Shown here in pieces: positions 6,430 to 16,362 of a stretch of 22,670 nucleotides of DNA. Each line of letters begins with the position of its first letter. Position 1 is the stretch's first letter. The stretch is from Candidatus Thorarchaeota archaeon (GTDB taxonomy: Archaea > Asgardarchaeota > Thorarchaeia > Thorarchaeales > Thorarchaeaceae). The stretch spans positions 1 to 22,670 of the forward strand of contig JAEOUG010000104.1 of assembly GCA_016839445.1 (NCBI GenBank). Direction: 5' to 3'. Under the pieces are notes generated by a model. It searched no databases. It had not been told where the DNA came from and was given only the letters and a program-made list of their open reading frames with translations. Both the position numbers and the translations under genes were made by a program.

Positions 6430-9400
6430 TTGGGTGAAAGCGAGGATACTCAGGTGAGCGCATCAGATAGCACTGCCAAACGCAGGATGAGCATTGCCAC
6501 TATAATCAGTACAATCTTCATTACTGCAAGCATCATCTGGGCCGTTGTAGGCTTCGGCTTGATACAGTTCGGGGCAGTTCGGGCTTATCCACCTCACTTC
6601 GAGTATGACACGATCGACTATTGGCCCTACACTCACGATTTCGCTGGCGGCAGAACGAACTGGTTTCAAGATGTGAACTACACTACAGTGCCAGTGAATC
6701 AGACGCTCCCCGATGACTTGATCGACCGGCTGGACGACCCAGTCTTCATAGTGATTCCCAGAGACCCGGCACAGTTGTGGCGAGCAGGCTCGTATGATTA
6801 CTACGATGGGTCCAGCTGGGGAAAGACCACGGTCTCACCCTATGACCTCTCTGTTGAGGAGCTGATACCTGCCGCAGCCGCCCCAAATGAGATCTACGAC
6901 ATCTTCTTCACAGCCACCGCCGGCGCGTCGGTAGGTGAGATGGAGCTTCCCACTATACACCCATCCATTCGGGTCATTCAGGACTCCTTCAGGACTTGGA
7001 GCGTTGTAGACGATACCCTTGTGCTCGATAGTCCATCTCGTTTGCTGAGCTACACATTAAGGACGGACCGTTATGGGACTCTCCTCTTTAGTCCCCTGAT
7101 ACAGGGGACAACTGGCGAAGAGGTCGTCATGAGCTTTGAACTATCATACGAGATTCAGGACCTGGTGAATGTGGAGTCTCATGCTCTGCCAGGCAGTTTC
7201 GCTCCCGGAAGCCTCGCAGTCTACACACAGACCCCCGCTCTGACAACTCGAGTTCTGGACAACATCAGCCAGTTCCAGGATGTTGGTAATGATGCCTACG
7301 AAAAGGCGCTCTCAGTTCAGTTCTACTTCAGGAACACGTTCGATCTTGTCATAGATCCAACTGCCCTTCAGAACCGGCCAGGAACGCAAGAGGTGACTGA
7401 CTGGTTCCTAGAACAAGGACAGGGCCTCCCGCTGGACTTCGCCACCGCATACTGTGTCTTCATGCGCGAACTCGGCGTTCCAGCTCGGCTCGTCAAGGGC
7501 TATGCCATCGGTGAACCTGATCCGATTGAGGACTTCAGGACGATAATGGTCAGGCACATGACCTACTGGGCCGAAGTGTTCATTCCCATGTCTGATGGCA
7601 GTGGCGGCGAATGGATTCAGGTGATTCCTGCCCCTCTCACTCCCGAGTTTGGAGGGTCTGAGGACCCCATCAATTACCCGATACCAGATGTGGAGCTTCT
7701 GGTCTATCCCACCAACGGCTTGTACTACGCTCAGATAGGCAGTCTCTTCGAGATCAGCGCGCAGATATCAGTTGAGGGGTCGAGAATAACCACTCCCGAG
7801 ACCCTCTTCTTCTTTGATGAGACTGATACACAGTACATCGGTTCTGCTTCACTTGGGCAGGCCCCCTTTGAGCCCATAGCAAATGTGAGCTATGTGTTCC
7901 CGTCCAATGCAACTGTTGACTTCCACATCATCTCTGCGACATGGTTTGCGCCCACGCTGCAGGTCACCAATTACACAGCTATCTATGCTGTGGGTCAACC
8001 TGTGCCTTCCTATGATGACTTGCAGGCCGCTCCAGACGATTTCGTTGTCAGCGGCACAACTGACGTCAATGTGAGCCAAGGAATAGACACCTACAAGGCG
8101 TATTGGGAAGACATGGTTCACGTGTACGGGCGCATGACGGTGGGTGGCAACCCAGTCAATGGCTCCAAGTATGGGAACGACCAGATCCGAATTATGTGGG
8201 ACAACACCTTCATGGGAAACGCCACAATCGACGAGTATGGATTCTACTCCTATGACATCTATGTTGATCCCATGGACCACGCATCAATGAGCGTGGGTCC
8301 GCACGAGGTCTGGTCATGGTATCTAGGTGACTTCGACGACGGCATACCACGTCTTCTGCCCGCCAGGTCTCAGGACAACTCAACAGTCACGGTCTGGGGT
8401 CGAGTGGGGTTCGACCTCTATGTGACGCCTAGTCCGGCGTATCCCGGTGCCAATATACACTATGAGGGACGAGTCTATCTCCTGAATGGGTCTCTTTTGC
8501 CCATACCAGATTTCGCTGGTGTCTTCTTCGGTTCTCAGGCGAATTCCACAAGATCACTGAACGTCACTGGCGGCTTCACATGGAACTACGTGATTCCTGT
8601 GACACAGCCCGACGGAACCTACTTCATAAGGGCCAATTGGACATCCAGCTACCCATACATCGTAGGGAACTGGAGCATCGAAGTTCCTCTTGATGTAGGG
8701 GCAGGAGGCTCTGCGCTCACTCTGGATCCTCTCCCGGACCCGATTATCATTGGATGGACTGTAAGGTTTCAGGGCTACCTGACTCATGTTTCAAACGGTT
8801 CAGGAATAGGAGGCCAGTGGATAGACATCTGGTGGGACAACGGGACGCATGTGGTGAATCTGGGCCCCGTACTGACTGCGCCCAATGGCTCGTACTACCT
8901 TGATTATCAAATCCTCTCTCCCTACAAAGGTGATGTAGACTACTGGGCGAACTTCACATCTCCAATACCCGGACTATCCGACTCCGAGTCAATACACCGG
9001 ACAACCACGGTCAAAGGCTATGACGTGGACATAACGATCTTCGCTGATCCTGACCCCGTACTACTGCTGCAGACACTGACCATCCAGGGGACAGTCACGG
9101 TTCCAGAGGCTGGAGGGCTTCCACTCCAGTTCGAGACGGTGACAATATGGATGCAGAATGGCACAGGGGTCTACAATCTCACCAATCGTGTGACAAACTC
9201 CACTGGGGGATACATCTACTACTATACAATCCCAATCTACCAAGACACCGAAGTCATCCACTTCTGGGCGAACTACACATCGCCCTACATCAATGTTGAA
9301 AACGGCGAGTCAATTCACGAGCCGGTCACTGTAGAGGCAACAGGGACTCTCCTGAGTGTGATCTCCGATGACACACACTACTACCTGAACGAGACGGTCA

Positions 9401-12400
9401 TCATCACGGGCAATCTTGCCTTTTCTAACGGCACTCCCCTCCAGGGAGAGACAGTCTACATACACTGGATCAATGCCACCGGGACCTACATCTTTGAGAA
9501 GAAGACCGATGCTCTTGGCAATTACCTCTTCCTCTACAATCTCACGACCAACGATGCCACAGGGACTGTGGACGTTGAGGTATACTTCATCTCTGGTTCA
9601 CCGCTCGTCGAGGATGCCTCGGCCATCCTTTTGCCTTCGCTCACGCTGCAGCTGTACGAGTTAGAGCTTACTATGGTGGTGCCGACGCAGATCTACGTCG
9701 ACGAGAACCTGTTCATTCAGGGGTATCTCAGATATCTTGGTGGCTATCCGCCTCTCCCCGGAGAGGACGTGGAACTCTGGTGGTTTAACGCAACCTCAGG
9801 CTTCTACGAGTATCTCTGGTTCACAACAACGGATAGCTCAGGATGGTTCAACTTCACAGTACCCTTCGTTGGCCCGCAGGAGGGAACGGTCAGTTTCGCC
9901 TGCGTTCACTGGGCTTCAGATCCCCTGAACAACGATGTGGCCGCCTTCTTTGATGTTGACAGGATCCGATACCAGTCCAATCTGGAGATCACCGTGTTTC
10001 CGAATCCAGTCTTGCAGAACGAGACAGTGGCCATCCACGTCTACCTATACATGGATATCAATGGAACCGCTATCGCAAACACGAACGTGAGCTTATACTG
10101 GAACAATGGAACTGTCCGTTTCTTGGGTATTGTGACCACTGACGGGACAGGACATGCGGACTTCTACTACTCTGGAATGGACAATGACACAGTCCGCTCT
10201 GGGATCCAGATCTACGCAGTCTTTCCCGGAACTGCATACCTGGGCCCGAACCAGACCCTTCCACAGACTCTCACGTTAGACCAGTGGCAGACGCAGCTCG
10301 TGGGTGTGAACATACCGCTTGCAGTGTATAGGCTGACCGAGACCGTCGTTGTCACAGGAACGCTTCAATACACACCGTCAGGCATTCCCTACGGTGGAGT
10401 GACCGTTGAACTATGGCATCTGAGTACGTACCTGAACACAACGGTGACCGCTCCTGACGGAACATTCGCTCTCTACTGGACCATCCCCGGAGGGCAGGGC
10501 CTAGGATTCTACGACTTGGAGGTACGTTTCGTCTCTTCGTATCGCTGGATAGCAGACTCGCAGGCACCCGTTCCCCAGTTTGAGATTGTCGCACCTGGCT
10601 ACACCTGGATCTGGTTCTCCGCGACACCGGGAGTTGTCTACCGAACATACTCCCTCAACATCACTGGGATAGTCCAGTGGGACAATGGTACCATCTTTGC
10701 CAATTCACCAGTAGAAATCTATTGGGGCGACTACTTCGGCGCAAGTAGCTATGTTCGCACGGTACTAACGGACTCCAGCGGGCGCTTCAGCATTCTCGAG
10801 CCCATTCCAGGAACCATGCCTCTCGGAGATCTGGACGTCTGGGGCTACATCGCCCCGGCGGGCTTCGCAACTTCAAGTGACTCTCCTGTGGCGACTGTCA
10901 CCGTGGCAGTCTACTCTGTAGTGCTGACTGCAGATGTTAGTGTGGGGACAGCGTATCTCGGTGAGAGTATCACGTTCTTTGGGACTCTTCAGTTCGCTAA
11001 CGGGACTCCCATGGTCGGTTACGAGGTGGAAATCTGGTGGAATGACCTGTTCATTACTTCTCTGACGATTAGTGATCCAGTTAGTGGCGCCTACAGCTAT
11101 GACTATGACATTCTGTATGGCAATGACTTGGGATATATCTCCGGGTACGTCGATTTCGTTGTTCCATCGGCGGCATTCGCTCCTTCTACGGAGATTCTGC
11201 CTGATGTACTTGTCCTCGAGTATGTCACACTGGTTCTGAGTAGCGAGCCCTCTCCTAACGATTTCACGCGGGGTGACATCGTCACGCTTAGTGGCTATGT
11301 TGAGAACGATGTACTCACCAGGGTGTCAGGTGCTACTATCGAGGTCCTCTGGGGCGTATTACCTACTGGAGTCACAGGAGTCACAGAATCTGACGGAACA
11401 TACTCGATTGACTTCACGATTCCTTCCTACTGGCCTCGAGGAACACATACGCTGACCGTCATTGTGGTTTCGCCCTTCCACGACCAGCAGAACACGCCGA
11501 TTGTCTGGACAATTGAGGTTTTCGTCATTTCTGACCTGGACCTGCAGGTGACGCCTGCAGCTATTCTGGCTGGCGAATCAGTCCCAGTGTATGTCGAGCT
11601 CTATGACGGTGATGGAGTCCCGTTACACGACTCCCAGATTCTCATCATGATAGGGACTGCAGTTGTAGGCACCTATCTCCTGTCTGATGCTTCTGGCATG
11701 ATTATTCAGGTGACCGTTCCTGCCTCTTGGAGTGAGGGCGACGGGACGTTCTTGATCAGCGGGGAGTTCACACCAGCGGGCGGTCTCTATATCCGCTCCG
11801 ATTCCGACTCAACTGTCGACTCTATCCATGTCTTCACTGATGTCGTATTCATTCGAAACACACCAAGTAGGATAGACCCCGACCAGGTGTTCTACATAGA
11901 AGTGCAGCTAGAGGATACGGCGGGTAATGCGATAGTTGGCAGGAATGCAGAGATAGTGATCAATGGGACCGTTGTTTCCACTGAGATAACAGATAGTGCA
12001 GGTGCCGTATCCTACAGACTCGATGGGTATCCTTCGGGCACAATAATCACTTATTCTATCACGCTCACATCATCACAGGTCGCAGGAATTTCATCAGATA
12101 CGTTCACAATCCAAATTCAAACACAAGGTGGTAGTCCATTGCAAGGAACAGATTTGCTAATCGCAGGTATTCTACTGGCCGGCGCTATCGTGGCCGTTCT
12201 AGCATACCTATACATCGTCAAAGGCATGTTCCGCACAACTGTGATATCCCGTAGTTCAGTGGATATCCCAACCAAGCTGCGGAACATCAAGAAACTCGCA
12301 GACGCTGGGAAGTATGGTGCATCAATCACGTTGGCGTATCGTACCTTTGAGCAGATGTGCGGTGCCAAGATGGGATCCCAAAGGGTCCATTCAGAGACCG

Positions 12401-12594
12401 CTCGCGAGTACCTTGATCGTGTGCTAGAGGCAATCCCGTTGGATGCTGGCTCTGTAGAAACATTTGTGCAGACATACGAAGAGGCCCGGTTCTCTCATCA
12501 TGAGATGACAAGGGAGCGTTACGAGGAAGCAGTCAGGATATTCACTGACCTCTATCCTCGAATTGACTCGAGTGCACCCGTTGAGAAAGTCTAG
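6430..12594 (+). CDS. Giant membrane-anchored surface protein: N-terminal TM, TgpA-like/transglutaminase-like domain (triad lost), about 14 Ig-like repeats, TM, DUF4129-like C-terminal domain
   Basis: N-terminal hydrophobic helix; LWRAGSYDYYDGSSW (TgpA_N-like); DFATAYCVFMRELGVPARLVKGY...WAEVF...WIQV; repeated beta-rich modules of about 100 aa; TM LLIAGILLAGAIVAVLAYLYIV; AYRTFE...SETAREY...YEEARFS (DUF4129 pattern). Start is TTG 6430 or ATG 6487. Confidence 0.88.
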   Translation: MGESEDTQVSASDSTAKRRMSIATIISTIFITASIIWAVVGFGLIQFGAVRAYPPHFEYDTIDYWPYTHDFAGGRTNWFQDVNYTTVPVNQTLPDDLIDRLDDPVFIVIPRDPAQLWRAGSYDYYDGSSWGKTTVSPYDLSVEELIPAAAAPNEIYDIFFTATAGASVGEMELPTIHPSIRVIQDSFRTWSVVDDTLVLDSPSRLLSYTLRTDRYGTLLFSPLIQGTTGEEVVMSFELSYEIQDLVNVESHALPGSFAPGSLAVYTQTPALTTRVLDNISQFQDVGNDAYEKALSVQFYFRNTFDLVIDPTALQNRPGTQEVTDWFLEQGQGLPLDFATAYCVFMRELGVPARLVKGYAIGEPDPIEDFRTIMVRHMTYWAEVFIPMSDGSGGEWIQVIPAPLTPEFGGSEDPINYPIPDVELLVYPTNGLYYAQIGSLFEISAQISVEGSRITTPETLFFFDETDTQYIGSASLGQAPFEPIANVSYVFPSNATVDFHIISATWFAPTLQVTNYTAIYAVGQPVPSYDDLQAAPDDFVVSGTTDVNVSQGIDTYKAYWEDMVHVYGRMTVGGNPVNGSKYGNDQIRIMWDNTFMGNATIDEYGFYSYDIYVDPMDHASMSVGPHEVWSWYLGDFDDGIPRLLPARSQDNSTVTVWGRVGFDLYVTPSPAYPGANIHYEGRVYLLNGSLLPIPDFAGVFFGSQANSTRSLNVTGGFTWNYVIPVTQPDGTYFIRANWTSSYPYIVGNWSIEVPLDVGAGGSALTLDPLPDPIIIGWTVRFQGYLTHVSNGSGIGGQWIDIWWDNGTHVVNLGPVLTAPNGSYYLDYQILSPYKGDVDYWANFTSPIPGLSDSESIHRTTTVKGYDVDITIFADPDPVLLLQTLTIQGTVTVPEAGGLPLQFETVTIWMQNGTGVYNLTNRVTNSTGGYIYYYTIPIYQDTEVIHFWANYTSPYINVENGESIHEPVTVEATGTLLSVISDDTHYYLNETVIITGNLAFSNGTPLQGETVYIHWINATGTYIFEKKTDALGNYLFLYNLTTNDATGTVDVEVYFISGSPLVEDASAILLPSLTLQLYELELTMVVPTQIYVDENLFIQGYLRYLGGYPPLPGEDVELWWFNATSGFYEYLWFTTTDSSGWFNFTVPFVGPQEGTVSFACVHWASDPLNNDVAAFFDVDRIRYQSNLEITVFPNPVLQNETVAIHVYLYMDINGTAIANTNVSLYWNNGTVRFLGIVTTDGTGHADFYYSGMDNDTVRSGIQIYAVFPGTAYLGPNQTLPQTLTLDQWQTQLVGVNIPLAVYRLTETVVVTGTLQYTPSGIPYGGVTVELWHLSTYLNTTVTAPDGTFALYWTIPGGQGLGFYDLEVRFVSSYRWIADSQAPVPQFEIVAPGYTWIWFSATPGVVYRTYSLNITGIVQWDNGTIFANSPVEIYWGDYFGASSYVRTVLTDSSGRFSILEPIPGTMPLGDLDVWGYIAPAGFATSSDSPVATVTVAVYSVVLTADVSVGTAYLGESITFFGTLQFANGTPMVGYEVEIWWNDLFITSLTISDPVSGAYSYDYDILYGNDLGYISGYVDFVVPSAAFAPSTEILPDVLVLEYVTLVLSSEPSPNDFTRGDIVTLSGYVENDVLTRVSGATIEVLWGVLPTGVTGVTESDGTYSIDFTIPSYWPRGTHTLTVIVVSPFHDQQNTPIVWTIEVFVISDLDLQVTPAAILAGESVPVYVELYDGDGVPLHDSQILIMIGTAVVGTYLLSDASGMIIQVTVPASWSEGDGTFLISGEFTPAGGLYIRSDSDSTVDSIHVFTDVVFIRNTPSRIDPDQVFYIEVQLEDTAGNAIVGRNAEIVINGTVVSTEITDSAGAVSYRLDGYPSGTIITYSITLTSSQVAGISSDTFTIQIQTQGGSPLQGTDLLIAGILLAGAIVAVLAYLYIVKGMFRTTVISRSSVDIPTKLRNIKKLADAGKYGASITLAYRTFEQMCGAKMGSQRVHSETAREYLDRVLEAIPLDAGSVETFVQTYEEARFSHHEMTRERYEEAVRIFTDLYPRIDSSAPVEKV
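7690..12120 (+). repeat. Protein-level tandem array of about 14 diverged Ig-like (Big/macroglobulin-like) domains of about 100-105 aa
   Basis: Recurring pattern L.l...P......GE.v.i.G.L...NG.p..g..V.iwW.NGT.......TD..G.y...y.IP......G...v.a.f, e.g. GNLAFSNGTP, GTLQFANGTP, GIVQWDNGTI, TDSSGRF, TAPDGTF, TESDGTY. No obvious nucleotide-level repeats. Confidence 0.75.
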
Positions 12595-12596
12595 AT

Positions 12597-14000
12597 GTGA
12601 TGCTAATGGGATGGAAGGAAGTCCTGCAAATCATCCTCTTTGTCCTCACCTGGACCCCAGTGGCAGTGCTGGGTTGGTATACGCTCATCGGAGCGGAGCC
12701 CACATACAGTCAGGATTTCTCCATCTACAACGACGAATACAACGGTCTCAGCCAGTTCAGAAGCAGCATTGAGGACAACAGGGACGTCCTCTCTATTCAA
12801 GCCTCAATGAGCGTTGTCTCTCGGTACAACGGCTCTGCAGTGCTTGTCATCATGGGTCCTGTGCGTGATTTCAGTCTCGATGTCACACTCGTCGTGTACA
12901 GCCATCTCTTGGCAGGAGGCGGGGTGTTGATCGCGGACGACTTTGGCACCGCAAACAGCTCATTTGCTGTTCTCAACTACCTCATGACAAGTCTCCTAGG
13001 AGGACAGCTACCTGGCAACATTTCTGGACTCCTATCCTACACAGGCGGCGTGATCTTCGACTTGGATTCGTATGACCCCGCAAAGGAGCCGCGTCTTCCG
13101 ATAATCAGGGACTTCCACAGTGTGTCAGGTCCCGGGGCAATACTCACACAAGGAGTATCTGAGCTTCACTTGAACTATGCTTCGGCAATCAATCCATACT
13201 GCCTGGTGGGCCTGAATGGCTTTGCATGGACTACACCTCGGACTTGGTGTGAGACCGATATCAATGACGATACACCAGCTCCCGACCCGTACGAATGGAA
13301 CGGCAGTCTTCCCGTTGCGGGAGCGCTAGACTTCTCATCTGAGCAGATTCCGAACGGTGGACGTCTCGTAGCGACCAGCGACCCGAGCATATTCATCAAT
13401 GACATGTGGAGAAGGTTCTCCGGCAACAGGCAGTTTGGGGCAAACGTCATTGAGTGGCTGTCAAAAGGAGATACTGAAGTACCTGTCATCTTCTGCGAGG
13501 AGCTTCTGGCAGTGCCTCCCGCATCCAGCGAGTTCTTCTTCGGACTATACCTTGGCCGTGCGCTCTGGCTCTCCTCACTCCCCTATCTCTCCGCACTCTA
13601 TCCTGTCTTCACTGCCGTGGGCATCAAGAAGTACCTGCCCGAGTTGAAGAAGCCGGAGGTCAAGAGCGTTTCAGACGTGTTTCTCCGAAGAGGCCAGACA
13701 TACTTCGGCGAACGGATGACGTACTACAGAACAGAAGGCAACTACACCAGAGTCGTGAAGATGCTGTATCGAAAGCTCAGAAGAGGACTGCGCAAGAAGA
13801 TGCAGTGGACTGACTTCGATCCGCGCAGGGTGTGGGATCTTATGCGTTACAAGGACTCCAAGCTCAGTGAAGCAGAGTTCTACAGGACAATCGACCGGAT
13901 AGAGGAGATTTCCTCCAATCCGAGTATCAGAATCAAGGAGAGCGAAATGATGGAGCTCTTCTTCTTCATGAGGAATATTCAGCGACATTTGGTAGACTAA
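12597..14000 (+). CDS. DUF4350-like membrane-anchored protein (GATase1-like extracellular domain, TM, helical C-terminal domain)
   Basis: N-terminal TM; FSIYNDEYNGLSQF, GGGVLIADDFGTANS, GRLVATSDPSIFINDM, N..F..NVIEWL are DUF4350-type motifs; located in a MoxR operon. Start may be ATG 12600 or 12606. Confidence 0.8.
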   Translation: MMLMGWKEVLQIILFVLTWTPVAVLGWYTLIGAEPTYSQDFSIYNDEYNGLSQFRSSIEDNRDVLSIQASMSVVSRYNGSAVLVIMGPVRDFSLDVTLVVYSHLLAGGGVLIADDFGTANSSFAVLNYLMTSLLGGQLPGNISGLLSYTGGVIFDLDSYDPAKEPRLPIIRDFHSVSGPGAILTQGVSELHLNYASAINPYCLVGLNGFAWTTPRTWCETDINDDTPAPDPYEWNGSLPVAGALDFSSEQIPNGGRLVATSDPSIFINDMWRRFSGNRQFGANVIEWLSKGDTEVPVIFCEELLAVPPASSEFFFGLYLGRALWLSSLPYLSALYPVFTAVGIKKYLPELKKPEVKSVSDVFLRRGQTYFGERMTYYRTEGNYTRVVKMLYRKLRRGLRKKMQWTDFDPRRVWDLMRYKDSKLSEAEFYRTIDRIEEISSNPSIRIKESEMMELFFFMRNIQRHLVD

Positions 14001-14016
14001 TGGAGGTAGAAGATAA

Positions 14017-15006
14017 TTGACCACAGAAGAATCCAATGAAACCCCAATCGTGGACACCACTGCAATGATGACGATTGATGAGGTGAAGAACCTTACAACC
14101 GAGATCATTCAGGAGTGCAACCGGATCATCGTAGGTAAGAACGAGATCCTGTCTAATGTCCTGATAGCTATGCTATCAAACGGGCATGTCATTCTAGAAG
14201 GTGTTCCCGGTCTGGCAAAGACATACATGGCGAGGACCTTTGCGTCAATACTGGGGTGCGCGTTCAAGCGAATCCAGCTCACCGTTGACACACTACCCGC
14301 CGACCTGCTCGGGAGCAATGTCTTCAATCAGAGAACAGGAGAGTTCTGGTTCCGGAAGGGCCCGGTCTTCGCGAATCTCGTTCTAGCTGACGAGATAAAC
14401 CGATGTCCTCCCAAGTCTCAGAGCGCCCTGCTCGAGGTCATGGAAGAGCGACAGGTCTCCATCGAAGGCGTAACTAGGAAGCTTCCGCAACCCTTCCTCA
14501 TCATCTCCACTCAGAACCCGGTGGAGCAGGAGGGTACCTACCCACTGCCCGAGGCGCAGCTTGACAGATTCATGTTCAGGCTCATTCTGGACTACCCGAC
14601 CGGGGATGAAGAGGCCGAGGTTATCCGAAGAAAGCACCTCGGCGAGGCATCAGACCTGAGAGTCCTGGCGGATCCCACAACCATGGTCAAGATGCAGAAC
14701 ACCTGCCGGACCGTGTTCATCGAGGAAGACATAATCAACTACATTCGAGACATCGTCATCCGAACAAGGAACGATCCACAGATTCTCTTGGGAGGTTCAC
14801 CGCGAGCCTCACTGGTCCTGATGAACGCTTCGAAGGCACGGGCTGCCATGCATGGACGGGACTATGTTGTCCCAGAGGATGTACGTCGCCTCTCGGTTCA
14901 GGCTCTCAATCATCGGCTTGTGCTGAAGCCCGAGGCTGAGCTGGAAGGGTTGACGGTTGAGAGAGTTGTCTCGAAGATACTGGGCGAAGTAGACTGTCCC
15001 CACTGA
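14017..15006 (+). CDS. moxR: MoxR-family AAA+ ATPase
   Basis: Walker A GHVILEGVPGLAKT, RIQLT.D.LPAD, GPVFAN, Walker B LADEINR, QSALLEVMEERQVS, TQNPVEQEGTYPLPEAQLDRF, GSPRA, HRL; SD GGAGGT before the TTG. Confidence 0.97.
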   Translation: MTTEESNETPIVDTTAMMTIDEVKNLTTEIIQECNRIIVGKNEILSNVLIAMLSNGHVILEGVPGLAKTYMARTFASILGCAFKRIQLTVDTLPADLLGSNVFNQRTGEFWFRKGPVFANLVLADEINRCPPKSQSALLEVMEERQVSIEGVTRKLPQPFLIISTQNPVEQEGTYPLPEAQLDRFMFRLILDYPTGDEEAEVIRRKHLGEASDLRVLADPTTMVKMQNTCRTVFIEEDIINYIRDIVIRTRNDPQILLGGSPRASLVLMNASKARAAMHGRDYVVPEDVRRLSVQALNHRLVLKPEAELEGLTVERVVSKILGEVDCPH

Positions 15007-15039
15007 GCGTGAGAACCTAGTTACTGGAGAAGACGCAAA

Positions 15040-16362
15040 GTGATTACGCAGAGAGGCTTTGTGGTGGTGTTTGCGGGAGTCCTCCTACTGACAAGTGGAT
15101 TCTCTTTCATCAACTTCTACCTCGTGCTTCTTGGTGTGTACCTAGTCATTGGACTCGTCGTTACACTGCCTCTCTTTGCAGTCACAGCCAATCTTGCAGG
15201 CATCGAAGTCGACAGACAGATCGACAAGGTGAAGGTCTTCTCGGGTGACTTCCTGCGTGTCAGGGTGACCATACGAAATGCCTCTCGAAGACACTTCGAT
15301 TTCATCGAAGTTCATGATCAATACCCGGAAACATGGATTCTGGCCATAGGTGAGAACTTCATCGCGTCGAGGATTGAGCCAGGCAGCAGCATCACGTTCT
15401 CCTACATACTCCAAGCCCGAATGCGGGGGCGATACTACCTGGGACCCACTGAGGTCGTCATGCGTGATCGCCTTGGTCTGCACTACTACAAGCGTACCCT
15501 CAAGGAGCAGACCGAAGTCCTGGTGTATCCTACTTGGAAAGATGTCCGAAGGATGGAGGCGCTCGGGAAGCAGCGACAGCTGGGCCTCATGTTCGGTGCC
15601 CACAGAACCAAGACGGTTGGAATGGGTGCGGACTTCGCTGGGTTCCGAGACTACGTCCCCGGCGATGAATTCAGGCTCATAGACTGGAAGACCAGCGCCA
15701 AACGTGGAGACATGGTGATTAAGCAGTTCGAGATGGAGAAGAATGTCAGCGTAGTCTGCATGGTAGACACAAGTGGTAGCATGGGAAACGGTTACCCGGA
15801 GAACACGAAACTCGAATATGCCATCAGAGCTGCTGTGCTCCTAACTCACCTTGGACTTGAGAGAAAGGACCTTGTTGGTACCTGTGTGTTCAGTGACATG
15901 GTCCACGGGTTCGTTCCTCCACAGACCACCATGAATCACATGTACGACGTCCTTGAGGTCCTCGCAGCTGCTGAACCTGGCGGCTGGAGCGACTACGAGA
16001 CCGCTATCTCGCATGTTGTGGAGAAGGTCAAGAAACGCTCGCTCGTCATCTGGATGACGGACCTTGAAGAGAGTCCCGCACCGCTTCTGAATGCAATGAA
16101 GACGCTTGTTGCCAATGGCCACAAAGCCATGGTGATCAGCCCGTTCGGGCCTTGGTTCGAGGCACCAGTGGGCCAGTTTGGTCCTGTGGAGAAGGTGCTC
16201 GCTGAGGCTGTGTCTGAAGAGCTCTGGGAACGAAGAAGGAAGATTGCCAGGGCACTCGCCAGATTCGGCATCTCGGTTGTTAACGTGGGGCCGGAGGACT
16301 TCCTCCCCACCATCATAAAGACCTACGAACAGGCAAAGCAGAGGGGGGTGGCCATGTTTTGA
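15040..16362 (+). CDS. DUF58-domain / vWA protein with N-terminal TM helices
   Basis: RGRY.LGP, VLVYP, FAGFRDYVPGDEFRLIDWKTSAK, KQFE.E, MIDAS DTSGSM, KLEYA, D.VG, TDL. Confidence 0.95.
   Translation: MITQRGFVVVFAGVLLLTSGFSFINFYLVLLGVYLVIGLVVTLPLFAVTANLAGIEVDRQIDKVKVFSGDFLRVRVTIRNASRRHFDFIEVHDQYPETWILAIGENFIASRIEPGSSITFSYILQARMRGRYYLGPTEVVMRDRLGLHYYKRTLKEQTEVLVYPTWKDVRRMEALGKQRQLGLMFGAHRTKTVGMGADFAGFRDYVPGDEFRLIDWKTSAKRGDMVIKQFEMEKNVSVVCMVDTSGSMGNGYPENTKLEYAIRAAVLLTHLGLERKDLVGTCVFSDMVHGFVPPQTTMNHMYDVLEVLAAAEPGGWSDYETAISHVVEKVKKRSLVIWMTDLEESPAPLLNAMKTLVANGHKAMVISPFGPWFEAPVGQFGPVEKVLAEAVSEELWERRRKIARALARFGISVVNVGPEDFLPTIIKTYEQAKQRGVAMF

Noticed and set aside
7690-12120. Possible nucleotide tandem repeats or DGR-type template/variable repeats in the giant gene
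   Set aside because: Repetition is visible only at protein level; I saw no near-identical DNA copies and there is no reverse transcriptase in the window.
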